Positions 43,302-61,093 are shown, counted from the stretch's first letter. The stretch is 64,000 nt of DNA from Eledone cirrhosa (GCA_964016885.1 OZ024751.1:23312001-23376000); one strand, 5' to 3'. Notes: a model not told the origin generated them from the letters alone. Numbers and translations: made by a program.

Positions 43302-44314
43302 GAATAACACGATCCATATTCTTTAGTTTTACAGTATAGAATTATCACCTACACACCCTCATATTTGCAAAATTGTGCTAATGGAAATCAATATTTCCTT
43401 ATTTATGTTTTATTCATTTGCGTTTTACATATTTATTTTTATTTAAACGGGGAAAATATTTTGAATTCAAACAAACAAAGACTATGTTTAAAAATAACGA
43501 CAACAAAATTATTTTTTTTTCCATTCTTTTTTTGTCTTTTGCATAATTTTACCGTTAGAAAAGAAGGAAAAAGAAAAATGCCTGATTTCGTCACAGAGTT
43601 GGATATTCTTTCCGGCTATTTGCGTTATGAGTTTACTACCCGCCGAGGTTTACTTTAGTTTTTATTCTTTCGTGATCAATAAAGAAACCTTCAGCTCAAT
43701 GCTGGTACAGTTAATCTCTTTCTCTCTTCCGTTCTGATGGATCAAATAAGAGTCGAGAGTGTGTCTGATCGCAACGCATGGAGAGCTAAAATCCTCAGAG
43801 TAAGCAAACCATGGTAAATACTACCAAATCATAGTCGACTGCGAATGACTTCTGTAGTTTTTACCGATAGAAAAAAAAAGAAGAAAAATAGTCGATTACC
43901 ATCACGAAATAAATGGGTGGGAGGTGGTACGCTGATCCAGCCTGCAGCGCTCCTAAAACCCTAGATGGTTAGGATGATTGGTAGAAGAAAAATTCACAAA
44001 GGTATTAGAGAACGTCGGATAGAATGCTTTGCGATATTCGTTTAGGTTCTCTGACCTCTGGGTTTAAATCCCACCAAGGTCAACTTTGACTTTCTTCCAA
44101 TTAAGGTCCATAAAGAAGTAACAGTTTAGAAATGGGATCGATTCTTCCTCTTTATCTCTTTCTCATTTCATTTTTCTCGCCCTCTCTTAAAAATGCCCTA
44201 GAAACGGCGTATGTCAATATGGCAACCCCACGGCTCCACCAGGAGTTACAGGCCCATTAATCCGTATATACATTTAATTTCGCTTCGTGTTGTAGCAATG
44301 TTCATTTGTCGTGT

Positions 44315-46603
<2,289 letters not shown>

Positions 46604-46682
46604 CTCTCTATATCTCCCTCGATTTCTCTTTCTCCCCTCTCCGCCCTCTCTCTCTCTCTGTATATAAATGCATGCACACACA

Positions 46683-46713
<31 letters not shown>

Positions 46714-46989
46714 GTGGGTACGAACGAAAAGGAGCAATCCACACAATGTGCAAGTTGAAAATATTTATGTTAAGTGTGATTTAGTTATACGTGACCAATG
46801 GGTTTATTGACCTAAAAACGGTCAACCACTTCATATGTTTGTAAATAAATGATGCAAACGGATGAAGTAATGAAAATAACATGTCACGTGAATGATACAA
46901 TCAATTTATTTATTTAAACGACAAATCTCGTTCTGGAATTATATGTATAAAAAAGGTTCGTTCACATTTTTGGCTAAAAAAAAAAAAAT

Positions 46990-47150
46990 CACTGGAGATA
47001 CAGGCCCTAGGGCTACCGCCCAACCTACCACCATAGGCACTGAGCTGGCTAGCCGTAGGTTAGGTGTGGGTCTCGCGAGATGGAATGGCTCTTCCAGCGC
47101 ATCTCCCTTACATCCTCCGGGGAAACGCCTTCTCCATTCTGTCCGCTGGG
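46990..47150 (+). pseudogene. CRE-like non-LTR retrotransposon C-terminal fragment
   Basis: GDTGPRATAQPTTIGTELA...GSREMEWLFQRISL/ILRGNAFSILSAG matches the QRxSxxxxRGNA end motif of CRE-clade ORFs. Confidence 0.7.
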
Positions 47151-48038
47151 GATGTGGGGAGGCCAACACGTGGGACCCTTACCATCCTCCGGGGAAACGC
47201 CTTCTCCATTCTGTCCGCTGGGGATGTGGGGAGGCCAGCATGTGGGACCCTTACCATCCTCCGGGGAAACGCCTTCTCCATTCTGTCCGCTGGGGATGTG
47301 GGGAGGCCAGCATGTGGGACCCTTACCATCCTCCGGGGAAACGCCTTCTCCATTCTGTCCGCTGGGGCTGAGGGGAGGCCAACACGTGGGACCCTTACAT
47401 CCTCCGGGGAAACGCCTTCTCCATTCTGTCCGCTGGGGCTGAGGGGAGGCCAACACGTGGGACCCTTACCATCCTCCGGGGAAATGCCTTCTCCATTCTG
47501 TCCGCTGGGGCTGAGGGGAGGCCAACACGTGGGACCCTTACATCCTCCGGGGAAACGCCTTCTCCATTCTGTCCGCTGGGGCTGAGGGGAGGCCAACACG
47601 TGGGACCCTTACCATCCTCCGGGGAAACGCCTTCTCCATTCTGTCCGCTGGGGCTGAGGGGAGGCCAACACGTGGGACCCTTACCATCCTCCGGGGAAAC
47701 GCCTTCTCCATTCTGTCCGCTGGGGCTGAGGGGAGGCCAACACGTGGGACCCTTACATCCTCCGGGGAAACGCCTTCTCCATTCTGTCCGCTGGGGCTGA
47801 GGGGAGGCCAACACGTGGGACCCTTACCATCCTCCGGGGAAACGCCTTCTCCATTCTGTCCGCTGGGGCTGAGGGGAGGCCAACACGTGGGACCCTTACA
47901 TCCTCCGGGGAAACGCCTTCTCCATTCTGTCCGCTGGGGCTGAGGGGAGGCCAACACGTGGGACCCTTACCATCCTCCGGGGAAACGCCTTCTCCATTCT
48001 GTCCACCGGGGCCCTGGAGCGGCCAGCACGTGGGACCA
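47111..48038 (+). repeat. GC-rich 71/72-bp minisatellite, about 13 copies
   Basis: Unit catcctccggggaaacgccttctccattctgtccgctggggctgaggggaggccaacacgtgggacccttac. Confidence 0.97.
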
Positions 48039-48371
48039 CATTTGCTGAGAGATGGGGAGGGCGAGAGAGATGGAGGTAATGACAGCGGGATTTCGGCTCT
48101 TCCGTGTTTGGACCAGAGCTACAACATACGTTAAAAAGCCAAACACACTGAGACGATGGTTAAACCGTCACCCGCACAACCATAGAAACGTCCAAGTAAT
48201 TTGGGCCAAGCAAATAAAAAAATGTGATTGAAATATATATATATATCAACGTGAGGTATATGATTTTTAATGCGATGAAATACCTATGATCGTTTGGTAA
48301 ATCACTGATGAGGGACTCATTTTATAACATGTTATCCATGTGCAACCAGCAGTATTCATCTCACACATATT

Positions 48372-48466
<95 letters not shown>

Positions 48467-48666
48467 ATATATATATCATTGCAAAGTGCAAGAAACTATA
48501 ATACCACAGTCTCTAGTAACTTCATGATGAAATCATTATATATTTATAAATACGTTGACACAATTAAACTCAGATATGTATCAGATTCCTTTCACTTTTA
48601 CATGATTGAACACTCACACATACATATATGTATATACCTGTGTCTCTCTCTATATATATACATGTG

Positions 48667-48721
<55 letters not shown>

Positions 48722-48835
48722 TATAACTATGCTTTGGAACGTTAATTGTAATATTTCAGATCTATCGTTATATGTATTTGGAAGAGTACACAACGTATAG
48801 GAACTGTGCTTAATATTGAAATAATTCTATACACC

Positions 48836-48887
<52 letters not shown>

Positions 48888-48891
<4 letters not shown>

Positions 48892-49363
48892 AAGTTATAT
48901 TTAAAATTGTTGGGTTACAACTAGTAAATATTTATAACTGATATAAAAGCACTCGACAAATATTTGGAGTATATTTACAATATTAAATAAATGGAAAACT
49001 ATATTTATAAAACCATATTTATTTCATTATATATATTTCGGGGATATCATATTAACAATATGCTATGCCTTCATCAGACAAAATACAATATAAACAGTTT
49101 TATAGATAAATATATTCGACATACCGTAATAAACATCAACTTCATTTGAAGAGGTTTACTCTAGCAGAGTAAACCTCTTCAAATGAAGTTGATGTTTATT
49201 ACGGTATGTCGAATATATTTATGTCGAATATATTTATCTATAAAACTGTTTATATTGTATTTTGTCTGATGAAGGCATAACATATTGTTAATATGATATC
49301 CCCGAAATATATATAATGAAATAAATATGGTTTTATAAATATAGTTTTCCATTTATTTAATAT
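48888..49363. mobile_element. Family C palindromic module with hammerheads at 49020-49085 (-) and 49258-49323 (+)
   Basis: Arms of ~185-200 bp around tttactct-agc-agagtaaa. Tail 48888-48977. Both cores intact. Confidence 0.9.
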
Positions 49364-49538
49364 TATATATATATATATATATTCCAAAATACCTGGTGGA
49401 CTGTAACGCACCAGAGTACTCAATACTTAGGGTAGTAGAGTAGGTATTAGGAAAAAAAAGTGTCAGGATCCCGACGGCTGAACTAAATCCGACAACGTTC
49501 GGATCAAGCTGGCGAAACGAAACGGCCGGAGCACTTTT

Positions 49539-49608
<70 letters not shown>

Positions 49609-49683
49609 CATACACATGCTTACGCACGTGCACAAATATAGCTCTTTTTACAAAACGCTATTTTTTTTCTATTTCAGGTAGAG

Positions 49684-49945
49684 GCGCTCTATCATCCACT
49701 TTTCTAAAAAATAATTCTTTACAAGAGATGTCAACATGAATGGACCTGTTATTTTTATCTCAAGACATTTTTTCCAATTCCACCCCGCCCGTCCCCTCAA
49801 TCTATCTTATTTCTCATTCTTTCTTCTGATCAAGGACTAGACTCCGAAACGTTAAGACCCTCTTCCTGATATATCAAGCATTAACCTAATATATCCCTTC
49901 CATATACTGTACTGATTGTGTTGTTATTTCTGTTTACCTTTTACA
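49684..49945 (+). mobile_element. Penelope-like 3' region with near-intact hammerhead (49822-49857)
   Basis: tctt CTGATCA aggactagactcc GAAA CG TT aaga, one change from CTGATGA. Confidence 0.75.
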
Positions 49946-49984
49946 TATATATATATACACACACATATATATGTATATATATAA

Positions 49985-50385
49985 ATTTTGAGTATATGTT
50001 GGTTGTATACCAACACCATATTATGCAGGATGGAGCACTCGACGAAGTGCGCAGGTTGGTTTGGTTACTCCGGAGTAATGTGAAATAAAATAAAATAAAT
50101 AAGTCAAATGTTTAAAATTTGGCTTCGTTTATTACTGCTATATATATTTCGGTGACAGCCATCTTTGGGTGTGACCTCTTCAGGCAGTCCGAATTAGTGT
50201 GGTAGAGACGAGTACACATGTTGTTGAGGTGTATAACTTTGTCAATACTCTGATATGCCCAGTTTCTGGTTGGGTTGTTATTTCACTGAGGAACTGGAAT
50301 CATATGATTCCAGTTCCTCAGTAATAAACGAAGCCAAATTTTAAACATTTGACTTATTTATTTTATTTTATTTTATTTTATTTTA
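49985..50385 (-). mobile_element. Family H module with hammerhead at 50134-50188 (-)
   Basis: Minus strand: actgc CTGAAGA ggtcacaccca-aaga-tggctgtcacc GAAA TATATA TA gcagt AATAAA. Fold-back centre ggaatcatatgattcc. Confidence 0.88.
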
Positions 50386-50691
50386 TATATTATATATATA
50401 TATATACATACATATATATACCGTTTGTATTTTCCAGTGTCATTGTGAAATATGTCTATTTTTCTCCCCGCCCTTATCTCTCTTTCATAGGTTAAGCCAC
50501 CTTCATTCCCTGAACTAGCATGACTAACACTTAACATAGTTCTGATTGAAGCGTTCCATATTTTTACGTTCGGGGAGAGAAAAACAATATTGTGTAGAAA
50601 ATGTACTTTAAGTGTGATGGAGAAATAGGAATGTGTGTTGAGGCGAGAGAGAGAGAAGGAGAGAGTGAGATAAAGAGAGAGATTATACCTT

Positions 50692-50974
50692 TCTGTCAGA
50701 CAGTTGAACGTCTGAAAGTACATACTTTCCTTATGCATATTAACGGCTGAGCAGCCTAATTTTCATATCGAGTGAGTTAGTCGGCCGGGCGCACCGAACA
50801 TTATAATAAATGTTCGGTAAACCCATACGTAGATATATATATGCGTGCATGTATGTATATATATACATACTACTGTACGTCTGTATGCATATATGTATGT
50901 ACGTGTACATACATACTTACACTTAAGTATCAGCCGTACTAAGAGTGAGAAATGAAATTTCGTTTCTTTCTTTT

Positions 50975-50976
<2 letters not shown>
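50692..50976. mobile_element. Family F fragment with internal inversion
   Basis: Minus-oriented and plus-oriented parts join at the shared caccga(a) near 50792. Confidence 0.8.
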
Positions 50977-51069
<93 letters not shown>

Positions 51070-51091
51070 GATATATATGTATATATATATA

Positions 51092-51271
51092 TAATTGTTT
51101 CTACTTTAGGCACAAGGCCAGCAAATACCCAGTACATTACTGGTACTTTATTTTATCGACCCCGTAAGGATGAAAGGCAAAGTTAACCTCGGCGGGATTT
51201 GAACTCAGAATGGCAAGGGCCGTAACTCTATGCGTCAAAGCATGGCGTCCGACCCTCTACCGATACTGCCA
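51092..51271 (-). mobile_element. Main-family SINE
   Basis: Near-consensus copy. Confidence 0.92.
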
Positions 51272-51385
51272 TAATATATATATAACCAACTTCACTACGT
51301 CTTAGGGTGACATGAGTCTATGTAAAACGTACTTATCCATAATACAATGTAATGGGATCGAACCGTTCATCCTACGATTGCTGTG

Positions 51386-51477
<92 letters not shown>

Positions 51478-51479
51478 GG

Positions 51480-51665
51480 GTCCTCAAACACTCCTTCCAG
51501 TGGCTCCCCTAAGAAGTAACTGTCTCTAGTTAACCCAGCTGAATCCCCGAACGTGACCAGCCGAGCTCATGGTATTTATCCGATCATCGGGCTCGGAGTC
51601 CATTCCTGGGTCTCCTGGTTGTTTTTGCCCTTTAAAATATGTCCAATGATTCTCTCTTTGGAATG
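51480..51665 (-). pseudogene. Degenerate RTE 3' fragment
   Basis: Homologous to 13965-14150. Confidence 0.7.
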
Positions 51666-52637
51666 TGTATATGAGCTCTGAAATCTGTAAATCAAATTCG
51701 TTCGAAATGTAGCTATACATATGATGATCGTTAATCCTTGATAACTGTCTACTTTACTAGTGTCTTGTTATAAATCAACTGTCTTACCTTCAAATGTGCG
51801 GCCTATTAAGCTAAAGTGGTGCTAATTTTCTAATTCTGTTATTTGTGCTTGCTTTGCAATATAACGGATTGTTCACACATTATTTATCTTCCATTTAGAT
51901 TATTATACCTGTGTATTTTCATCACTAACTTCTCACAAGTCACGTTTGAATGATTAAGTTGACTTGCTAACGTTAATAGCTTTCGATAAAACCAATTGCT
52001 GGTTCGTACTGTCTTATATGTTCCCGATACTGTTAAATGATTAATACTGCTACTCTCCATACAATTTATTTTTCATCGATTATATAAGTATATAAGTTAT
52101 ATCTACTAAAGCTACATTTCAACTATTTTTCGTGCATATTGTATTGTAATCATTATGCATTATGTCCTCTACAACTTAACTTCGTTTCTTTCAACAGTAG
52201 AAACAAAAGTCAGAGGCAAATAACGCTCTTCTTAAGAAAGCAGCATGACACCTCATCTTCCATATTCTTCTTGTCTTTGTTTCTTCTCAGCCTCATTTCT
52301 GAGATTCAGAGACCATAGACAATTGCACCAATGCTCAGCTATATAATGATACACATCCATATACTTTATATTTATATGATGCTATATATCCATGATTTAC
52401 ACAGGGAATAAATGACGTCGGTGGTTCGTGCATCCTCGTCCGACCATTACTCGCAAGTTTGGTGAGGTTACCGGTTTAGTCGTTGACGAATCGACAATGT
52501 GACAGATTATACTGGATTACATGTTACTAGTAGCTCTGCTGAGAAACCTGACATGGCACACACGTTCCTTATACTCGCTGAAAAAAAACAAACAAATTGT
52601 CTGAGAGTTCGCAGTATTGGCCATTTAACAATACCAG

Positions 52638-52995
52638 GAACACAACAACACAATGACAACAATACAAACCAAGGACACCAACAACAACACAATGACAACA
52701 ATACAAACCAATGACACCAACAACAACACAATGACAACAATACAAACCAAGGACACCAACAACAACACAATGACAACAATACAAACCAAGGACACCAACA
52801 ACAATACAAAACAATGACACCAACCACAATACAACAACACAGCAACAACAACACAACGACAACAATACAAACCAAGGACACCAACAACAATATAACAACA
52901 CAGCAACAACGACACAGTGACAACAACATCACCACCATCACAACAACATAGCAACAACAAACATAGCACAACCACAATAAGAATAACAACACAAG
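52638..52995 (+). repeat. CAA-rich ~39-bp degenerate minisatellite
   Basis: caacaacacaatgacaacaatacaaaccaaggacac repeated. Confidence 0.9.
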
Positions 52996-53121
52996 ACCAA
53001 CGCAAAAGTTTGGAGACAACATTCGAAAAATAGTCTTTAAAGTTGTATTGTCAATGTTACTTCGCTGCTGGAATTGTGTATGGTGAAGACACTATAAGCA
53101 ATCAACAGTTGACAGCAAGTA

Positions 53122-53163
<42 letters not shown>

Positions 53164-53176
53164 GTGTATGTATTTA

Positions 53177-53526
<350 letters not shown>

Positions 53527-53594
53527 TTATACACACACACACATATAAATAAATAAATAAATATATATATATATATAAATAAATAAATAAATAA

Positions 53595-53755
<161 letters not shown>

Positions 53756-53764
53756 AGCAGTAAT

Positions 53765-53977
<213 letters not shown>

Positions 53978-53988
53978 TTATTTATTTA

Positions 53989-54042
<54 letters not shown>

Positions 54043-54053
54043 TAAATAAATAA

Positions 54054-54192
<139 letters not shown>

Positions 54193-55164
54193 TATATATA
54201 TATATATATATATCGAAGCAGTAATTGCAGTATTAAACAGTAGCTCGGAATAATTAACGAACCCTTTAGAATCTAATTCACGATTCTGGAGTCTGATAAC
54301 GCAACGTGAATCAACGAAGGTAGTATTTCTCTCTCCCCCTCTTTTTTTCTCTCTCTCTCGCATTCTCTGCTCCTTCATCCCCATCTCTCTCTCAATAAAT
54401 CAACATGATCCACTTATATTCAAACTCTCAGTTACATGATGATCATGAACAATATAAAGTTATCGAAACAGCTGGACAGGACATGTAGAACGTAAAAGTG
54501 TTACCAAAAGTAATTGGTAGATTAAAAAACATTTGGCTTATACATCGCGAACATAAGATGAACAGATGCAGCTATAATTAAACCAATAGAAGCAATAATA
54601 TCACATGCACTTGATCGATCGAAATCATCTATACTAAAGAAACATGTAGAAAGTTTAGCAAAGTAATATCTAATATTAATATATTTAGTATTCTAAATTA
54701 GGAATAAAAATAGAGAAACATGTTAGAAATACAAAATTATTGCAAAAGATTAGGGAAACACAGCATTCAACTTTAAGAGTCAGTGTGCGCCAAATTGCTG
54801 AAACTCTAATTTATTTTATAAATTGTATGCTACGAATGCAAGTATGGCTCCATTATTTTAATCTTAGACAAATGCGAATCTCCTATTTTCAAGCACTCTG
54901 TATTATTAAAACGTTTCTCGTTTCTCTTATCTTTAATATCTTTAATTTGTTCTGTAATCATAACAGCTGGTTAGTTATGTAGTGCCTTAGACAAAGCCTT
55001 CTCCCATTTATACACCCAATTCACCCAAATAGAATAAAGGCCGATGCAGCGTTTCGAAAGGTAACGTACCTATGTTTTGATACTTGTTTCTCCGGCCACA
55101 CTAAAAAATTATTATGTCTGTATGTTTGACTCTAAGAAAATTATTAAGTCTTCATTTTTGACAC

Positions 55165-55447
55165 TTCTTCTCATCTTCTTCGCCGACTTATTCCTGAGAG
55201 GGTCGTGGGAGCACAGTCCTCAAACGCACCTTCCAGTGGGTCATGTCAGAAGCAACCGTCTCCAACTGATCCGGCTGGATGCCCAAGTGAGATAAACCTA
55301 GCTCTCATATGTTATCCAACCATCTTGCTCGGGGTCTATCTCTGGGTCTTTTGCCAGTTGGTTTTCCCCGTAAAATCTATCTAGCGATTCTTTCCTGAGG
55401 CATTCTAACCACATGTCCATAGTGTCAAATTGAGAGATCAGGGCTCC
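55165..55447 (-). pseudogene. RTE 3' fragment
   Basis: Homologous to 13925-14220. Confidence 0.8.
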
Positions 55448-56799
55448 GATACTAAGAAAATTATTATGCCTGCATTTTTCAGAACATTGTTCACACTTAC
55501 CTACACCAAATCATGTTATAGTTCATTTCACCAAACAATCCTTTCCACTATTTTGGATATTTCCTCAATAGTGCCACTCGGGCAAATATATTTAGTAATT
55601 TATATATTGATCGCAGAAATTATTATATATCATATATATTTAAGATATAAATATTTATATAAATTTGTATACGACTCTGATGCTTTAAGGTTCTTTAATG
55701 CACGTCTCTCAGGTTTCGGTCCCAGGCAGCTGTCTAGTTTGCTTTGATTGTAACCTTGGTGCCACAGAATCATGTAAACACAAATGTTATCTGCAAATTC
55801 TTTTCTGTTCCAAGGGGAATATTATTTAGTTCTCATATTTCATTCTGTCGCAATACAACATTATATGACATTCATTAAATGGATAGCTATAGAATTATTA
55901 TTTGTCATAGTTCTTTATTATGATGGGTCAACATTCTCTGATTGATAGTAAAATCTTTAGATGGATTGTTAAGTCTTAAGAATTGGTGTTTAATTACGTG
56001 ACAGTTTGAAGTTTATATCCAGCTGTGAATTATATTTCGTCTTTTTTTTTTTAGAACCAATAAATGAACAATTACCAAGACTTGCAAAATGGTAAATATA
56101 CGGTTTATACAGAATATATACACATACAGAGTATACACATATATACAAACATATGTACATATAAACATAGATACATATATACTCACATAGATAAACACAT
56201 ACTTACATAGATACACACAACATACAGTACGTACACTCACATAAATTAATACACACATAATGCATACATACATACATACATACATACATAGAGTATGCAC
56301 ATTCATCTACAAACTGACGTAAATACGCAGATACAGTATGCACATTCACATAAAACTCACACACATAGATAGATACATACATACACACATACATAGATAC
56401 ATAGATACATAGATACATACGTACATAGATATACACATATATAGATACATACATATATGAGTTAGACAATAACATATTGTTGAGATTCCAAGCACTTATA
56501 AACATGGCTGCACCTCCCATTGTATAGTTGTCACTATAAATGATATAATACTAGAAATATGTCACTGTCATTAGATGGGGGATGGGAAGCGCCCATGACC
56601 CTCAACAGGGGCTTTGTGACTACTGTGGTGAAGAAAGGAAACAATCTCCAAACTGGATTCTGAACTTTAGCAGTACTTTGTCAATTCAGGACATGTTTCG
56701 GTACAATTAAACCTCATTAGCGAAACAGTATAACTGTTACTGCAGATCGTTCTGTTTTGAGGAATGTATAGTGTTAGCCCTATGAAGATGATGCCGAAT

Positions 56800-57468
56800 G
56801 CATACATGCCGTGGTTGTGTATGCAGAGACCCCAGGATAATGCTTCGGTCTCTCTGTATTCTATGGTGCATGTAGGGACCTCTGTTTATTGCTGTGCCTA
56901 GGGACCCACCGATCTGTGGGCCCATTGCTAAATTAAGTATGCTTTGTTTGTGTGTATAAGGATACCAGTGCATTGCTTTGTTCAGGAACTCATCATATAT
57001 AGGGCTGAAATCCTAATTTATGTATGCTCTGGTCTTTAGGGCCCAATGCTAATATATGCTTGCTTTAATTGTGCATCAAGAAACACCAGTGCACTGCTTA
57101 GTTGGGGCCCAACGTATATAGGTCTCCAGTGCTAATTTATATATATGTGCTTGTGTCTATAGGGATTCCAGTATATTGATTTGCCTGTGGACCTACCAGG
57201 TCTGGGGTCTCTGTGCTAATATATGCGTACTTTAGCTGCGCATCTAGGGGCACCAGTGTATTTCGTTAGGGGCCCGCTATATATAGGGCTCCAATTCTAA
57301 TTTATGTATGCTGTAGTTATATATATTGGGGTTCAGGTGCATTGCTCAGTCGGGAACCAAACTATATAGGGCTCCAATGCTAATTTATATATGCCAGGCT
57401 TATATATATATTAGGGCACCAGTGCATTGTTTAGTTCGGGGACCTATAATGTTGCTAAGGCGGCTCTG
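56800..57468. mobile_element. Degenerate internally repetitive element, possibly a non-autonomous hAT
   Basis: Recurring gggc(t)ccaatgctaat and caccagtgcattg blocks. Right end reads CAGAGCCGCCTTAG on the minus strand. Confidence 0.45.
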
Positions 57469-58662
57469 TCTGTAACAACATAATAACAATTGAAGATAAC
57501 CTTCCTCACGACTATCAACAATGTATATATGCTGGGGATGTGTATATAGGTTCTCCAGTGAAGTGCTATATTCGAGGTACCTAGAATACTGCTAAGGCAG
57601 TTCTATCTGTAGCAACATGTTAACAATTGATATGAACCTCATGACTGTCAACAATTTATGGAAGGCGGTATAGCCATGCAGCCCATGTGTGTTCAGTTAT
57701 ATTAACATTTTGTTTATATTTTAGTTACACAAGAATTTCCTGACATTTCATATCTCCAGTTTAAGATTAGATCCAGTTGAAACATAAATATAGAGAAAAA
57801 AAAATTCATTTTTCATCCTATTTTAAACACTCTTAAGTAACTTTTATTACTTTCTTACATAAGTATTATGATGTTGCTTCATGTAAATCATATTTACAAG
57901 TCGTAGTCTATATGTTTATATATTACATAAATATAAATACACATCCATATGTGTATAAATCACTATATCAACACTAAAACACACAAACATACATAATTAC
58001 ATAGAAACACTGATACGTACTTGCATATATACATGCATATATACATGCATATATACATGCATATATACATGCATATATACATAACATTAATAGTTCTCAA
58101 TATTTCAGGATAAAACGATGATGTGGTAAAAGTAATTCAGAGCAGATCTTGAGTGGTTTTTATACTGGCATTTTTGAAGCTGAAAACTGTAGTATTTTTT
58201 CAACGTTAGAAGTAGGGAACAGATCATAAAATATCCTGCTCCAAATTAGTTTCATCAACTCTCCTTTTGAAGAAGGCATTTTATCCCGAAATATTAAAGA
58301 TTTTATTAATAACATTAATATCTTTGTTTCTAGCATTTATTGTCTCATTTGTTTTGCAGGAGGCCTCGAATAAAATACCATATATATGTATTTATGCATG
58401 CATGTATACATTTAAGTGTGTATACACGTATGTACCTGTATATATGTATGTCCTTATGCATGCATGCATATATGACTATGTATAAATGTGTACGTATATA
58501 TATATATATTTATATATATATATTTATTAAAATAACAGATTAAAAGTTTAAGCAAAGAATCGCTGCTTTCACCCTTAACGGGATCTTCTGATATTATATT
58601 TGATATATATTTATCCTTATCTAGCCCTCTTGGGATTTTAGTCTTCAAATATATTATTATTA

Positions 58663-58686
<24 letters not shown>

Positions 58687-58694
<8 letters not shown>

Positions 58695-59234
58695 AAGTTA
58701 AATAAAAGTCAAATGATTAAAATTTAGCTTCGTTTATTACTGCTATATATATTTCAGTGACAGCCATCTTTGGCTGTGACCTCTTCAGGCAGTTTGAATT
58801 AGTATGGTATAGACAAGTACATATGTTGTTTAGGTGTGTGATATTGTCAATACTCTGATATGCCCAGTTCCTTGTTGGGTTGTTAATTCACTGGGGAACT
58901 GGAGTCATATGACTCCAGTCATATGACTCCAGTTCCCCAGTCAATTAACAACCCAACAAGGAACTGGGCATATCAGAGTATTGACAATATCACACACCTA
59001 AACAACATATGTACTTGTCTATACCATACTAATTCAAACTGCCTGAAGAGGTCACAGCCAAAGATGGCTGTCACTGAAATATATATAGCAGTAATAAACG
59101 AAGCTAAATTTTAATCATTTGACTTTTATTTAACTTTATTTTACACTACTCCGGAGTAACCAAACCAACCTGCGCACTTCGTCGAGTGCTCCAGACTGCA
59201 TACTGAGGTGTTGGTATACAACCAACATAAACTC

Positions 59235-59239
<5 letters not shown>
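58687..59239 (+). mobile_element. Family H palindromic module with hammerheads at 58739-58793 (-) and 59038-59092 (+)
   Basis: Perfect ~220-bp arms around gagtcatatgactc. Tail 59144-59239. actgc CTGAAGA ggtcacagcca-aaga-tggctgtcact GAAA TATATA TA gcagt. Confidence 0.92.
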
Positions 59240-59330
<91 letters not shown>

Positions 59331-59333
<3 letters not shown>

Positions 59334-59508
59334 CGAAGGAAATGTGGTAAGGAACCAGGTGGACCATAACGCACCAAAGTACACAATACTTAGGGTAGTA
59401 GAGTGGGTAATAGGAACCAGTAAGACCCCGACGGCTAATTCTGGACTAAAATAGTCCAGAATTAGCCGTCGAAACGGCTTGAGCTCAGCCGTCGGGGTCT
59501 TACTGGTT

Positions 59509-59513
<5 letters not shown>
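59331..59513 (-). mobile_element. TAACGAAGG-family element with a deletion in the left arm
   Basis: Segment between the two gacggct repeats is missing. Confidence 0.88.
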
Positions 59514-59562
<49 letters not shown>

Positions 59563-60140
59563 TATTTATGTATGCATGTATCTATGTATGCATGTATATA
59601 TGAATGTATGTATGAATTTATGTGTGTTGGTATGCTTGAATGTGTGTATGTAAGTTTGTATGTATGTATTTTCGTCAATGTCTACGTGTTTATTGAAGGG
59701 TAATTGTATGATAGGGGAGATAAATATGTAAAGGGTCTTTATATAGACATTTTCTGGTCAAATTCCAACTCTTCGTCAGCTAGATATCTTATTAATCTCA
59801 GTTGTTTGTCAACACTATACATACATCTAACGTAAACAATTAGATCTTTGTATGTGCGTGAGTGTATTTGTGTATGTGTATCTATGTGTATGCCCATATG
59901 CATGTATATATGTATATATGTATGTATTTGTGTACATATGCATATGTGTATGTATGTATTATATGCATGTATGAATGTATTATATCTCACACATATACAC
60001 ACATAAACACACACACATATACACACATACACACATATACATACATAAATATATATATATATATGTATATATATATACACACAAATATACACATATATAT
60101 ATACACACACACACACACAGATATACATACATACACATAC

Positions 60141-60282
<142 letters not shown>

Positions 60283-60288
60283 AATATA

Positions 60289-60347
<59 letters not shown>

Positions 60348-60888
60348 CATAAATATATATATATATATATATATATATGGTTGTATACATGCACGAAATG
60401 ATGCGAGAAAAAAACGAACTGAAAACAAACATCATTTCTATGATAAAGAATTCAAGAATATCAGATTAATATTATAACAGTTTAGCCTATGCTGATTATC
60501 TGCAGAATCAGGGAAAGAGGCTTGCCCCCTCACGTATATCAGTATAAATATCTGTTGTCTTTGTAAACAACATATAAATATAGACTTGTATGTGCAACAC
60601 ATGTTATACGTTAATGTCAAGATATAGCAATCACACACACATATACATCTATGTATGTATGTATGTATGTATGTATGTGTGTATGTATGTATGTATGTAT
60701 GTATGTATGTATGTATGTATGTGTGTGTGTGTGTGTATTGATACATATAATGCAAATGTGTATGAATATACTATTAAAATACTCATACAACGACAATTTC
60801 CACACCCAGATAAGTGCAAATCTTTATATATATGTATGTATATATATATGTATGTATATATATATGTATGTATATATATATATATGTT

Positions 60889-60935
<47 letters not shown>

Positions 60936-60978
60936 GTATGTATATATATATATATGTATATATATATTTATATATATG

Positions 60979-61034
<56 letters not shown>

Positions 61035-61093
61035 TATATAGATATATATGTATACACAGGAACATATATATACACACATAATGATATATATAA

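Noticed and set aside
59740-59785. Minus-strand CTGACGA...GAAA
   Set aside because: Helices I and III cannot be formed convincingly.
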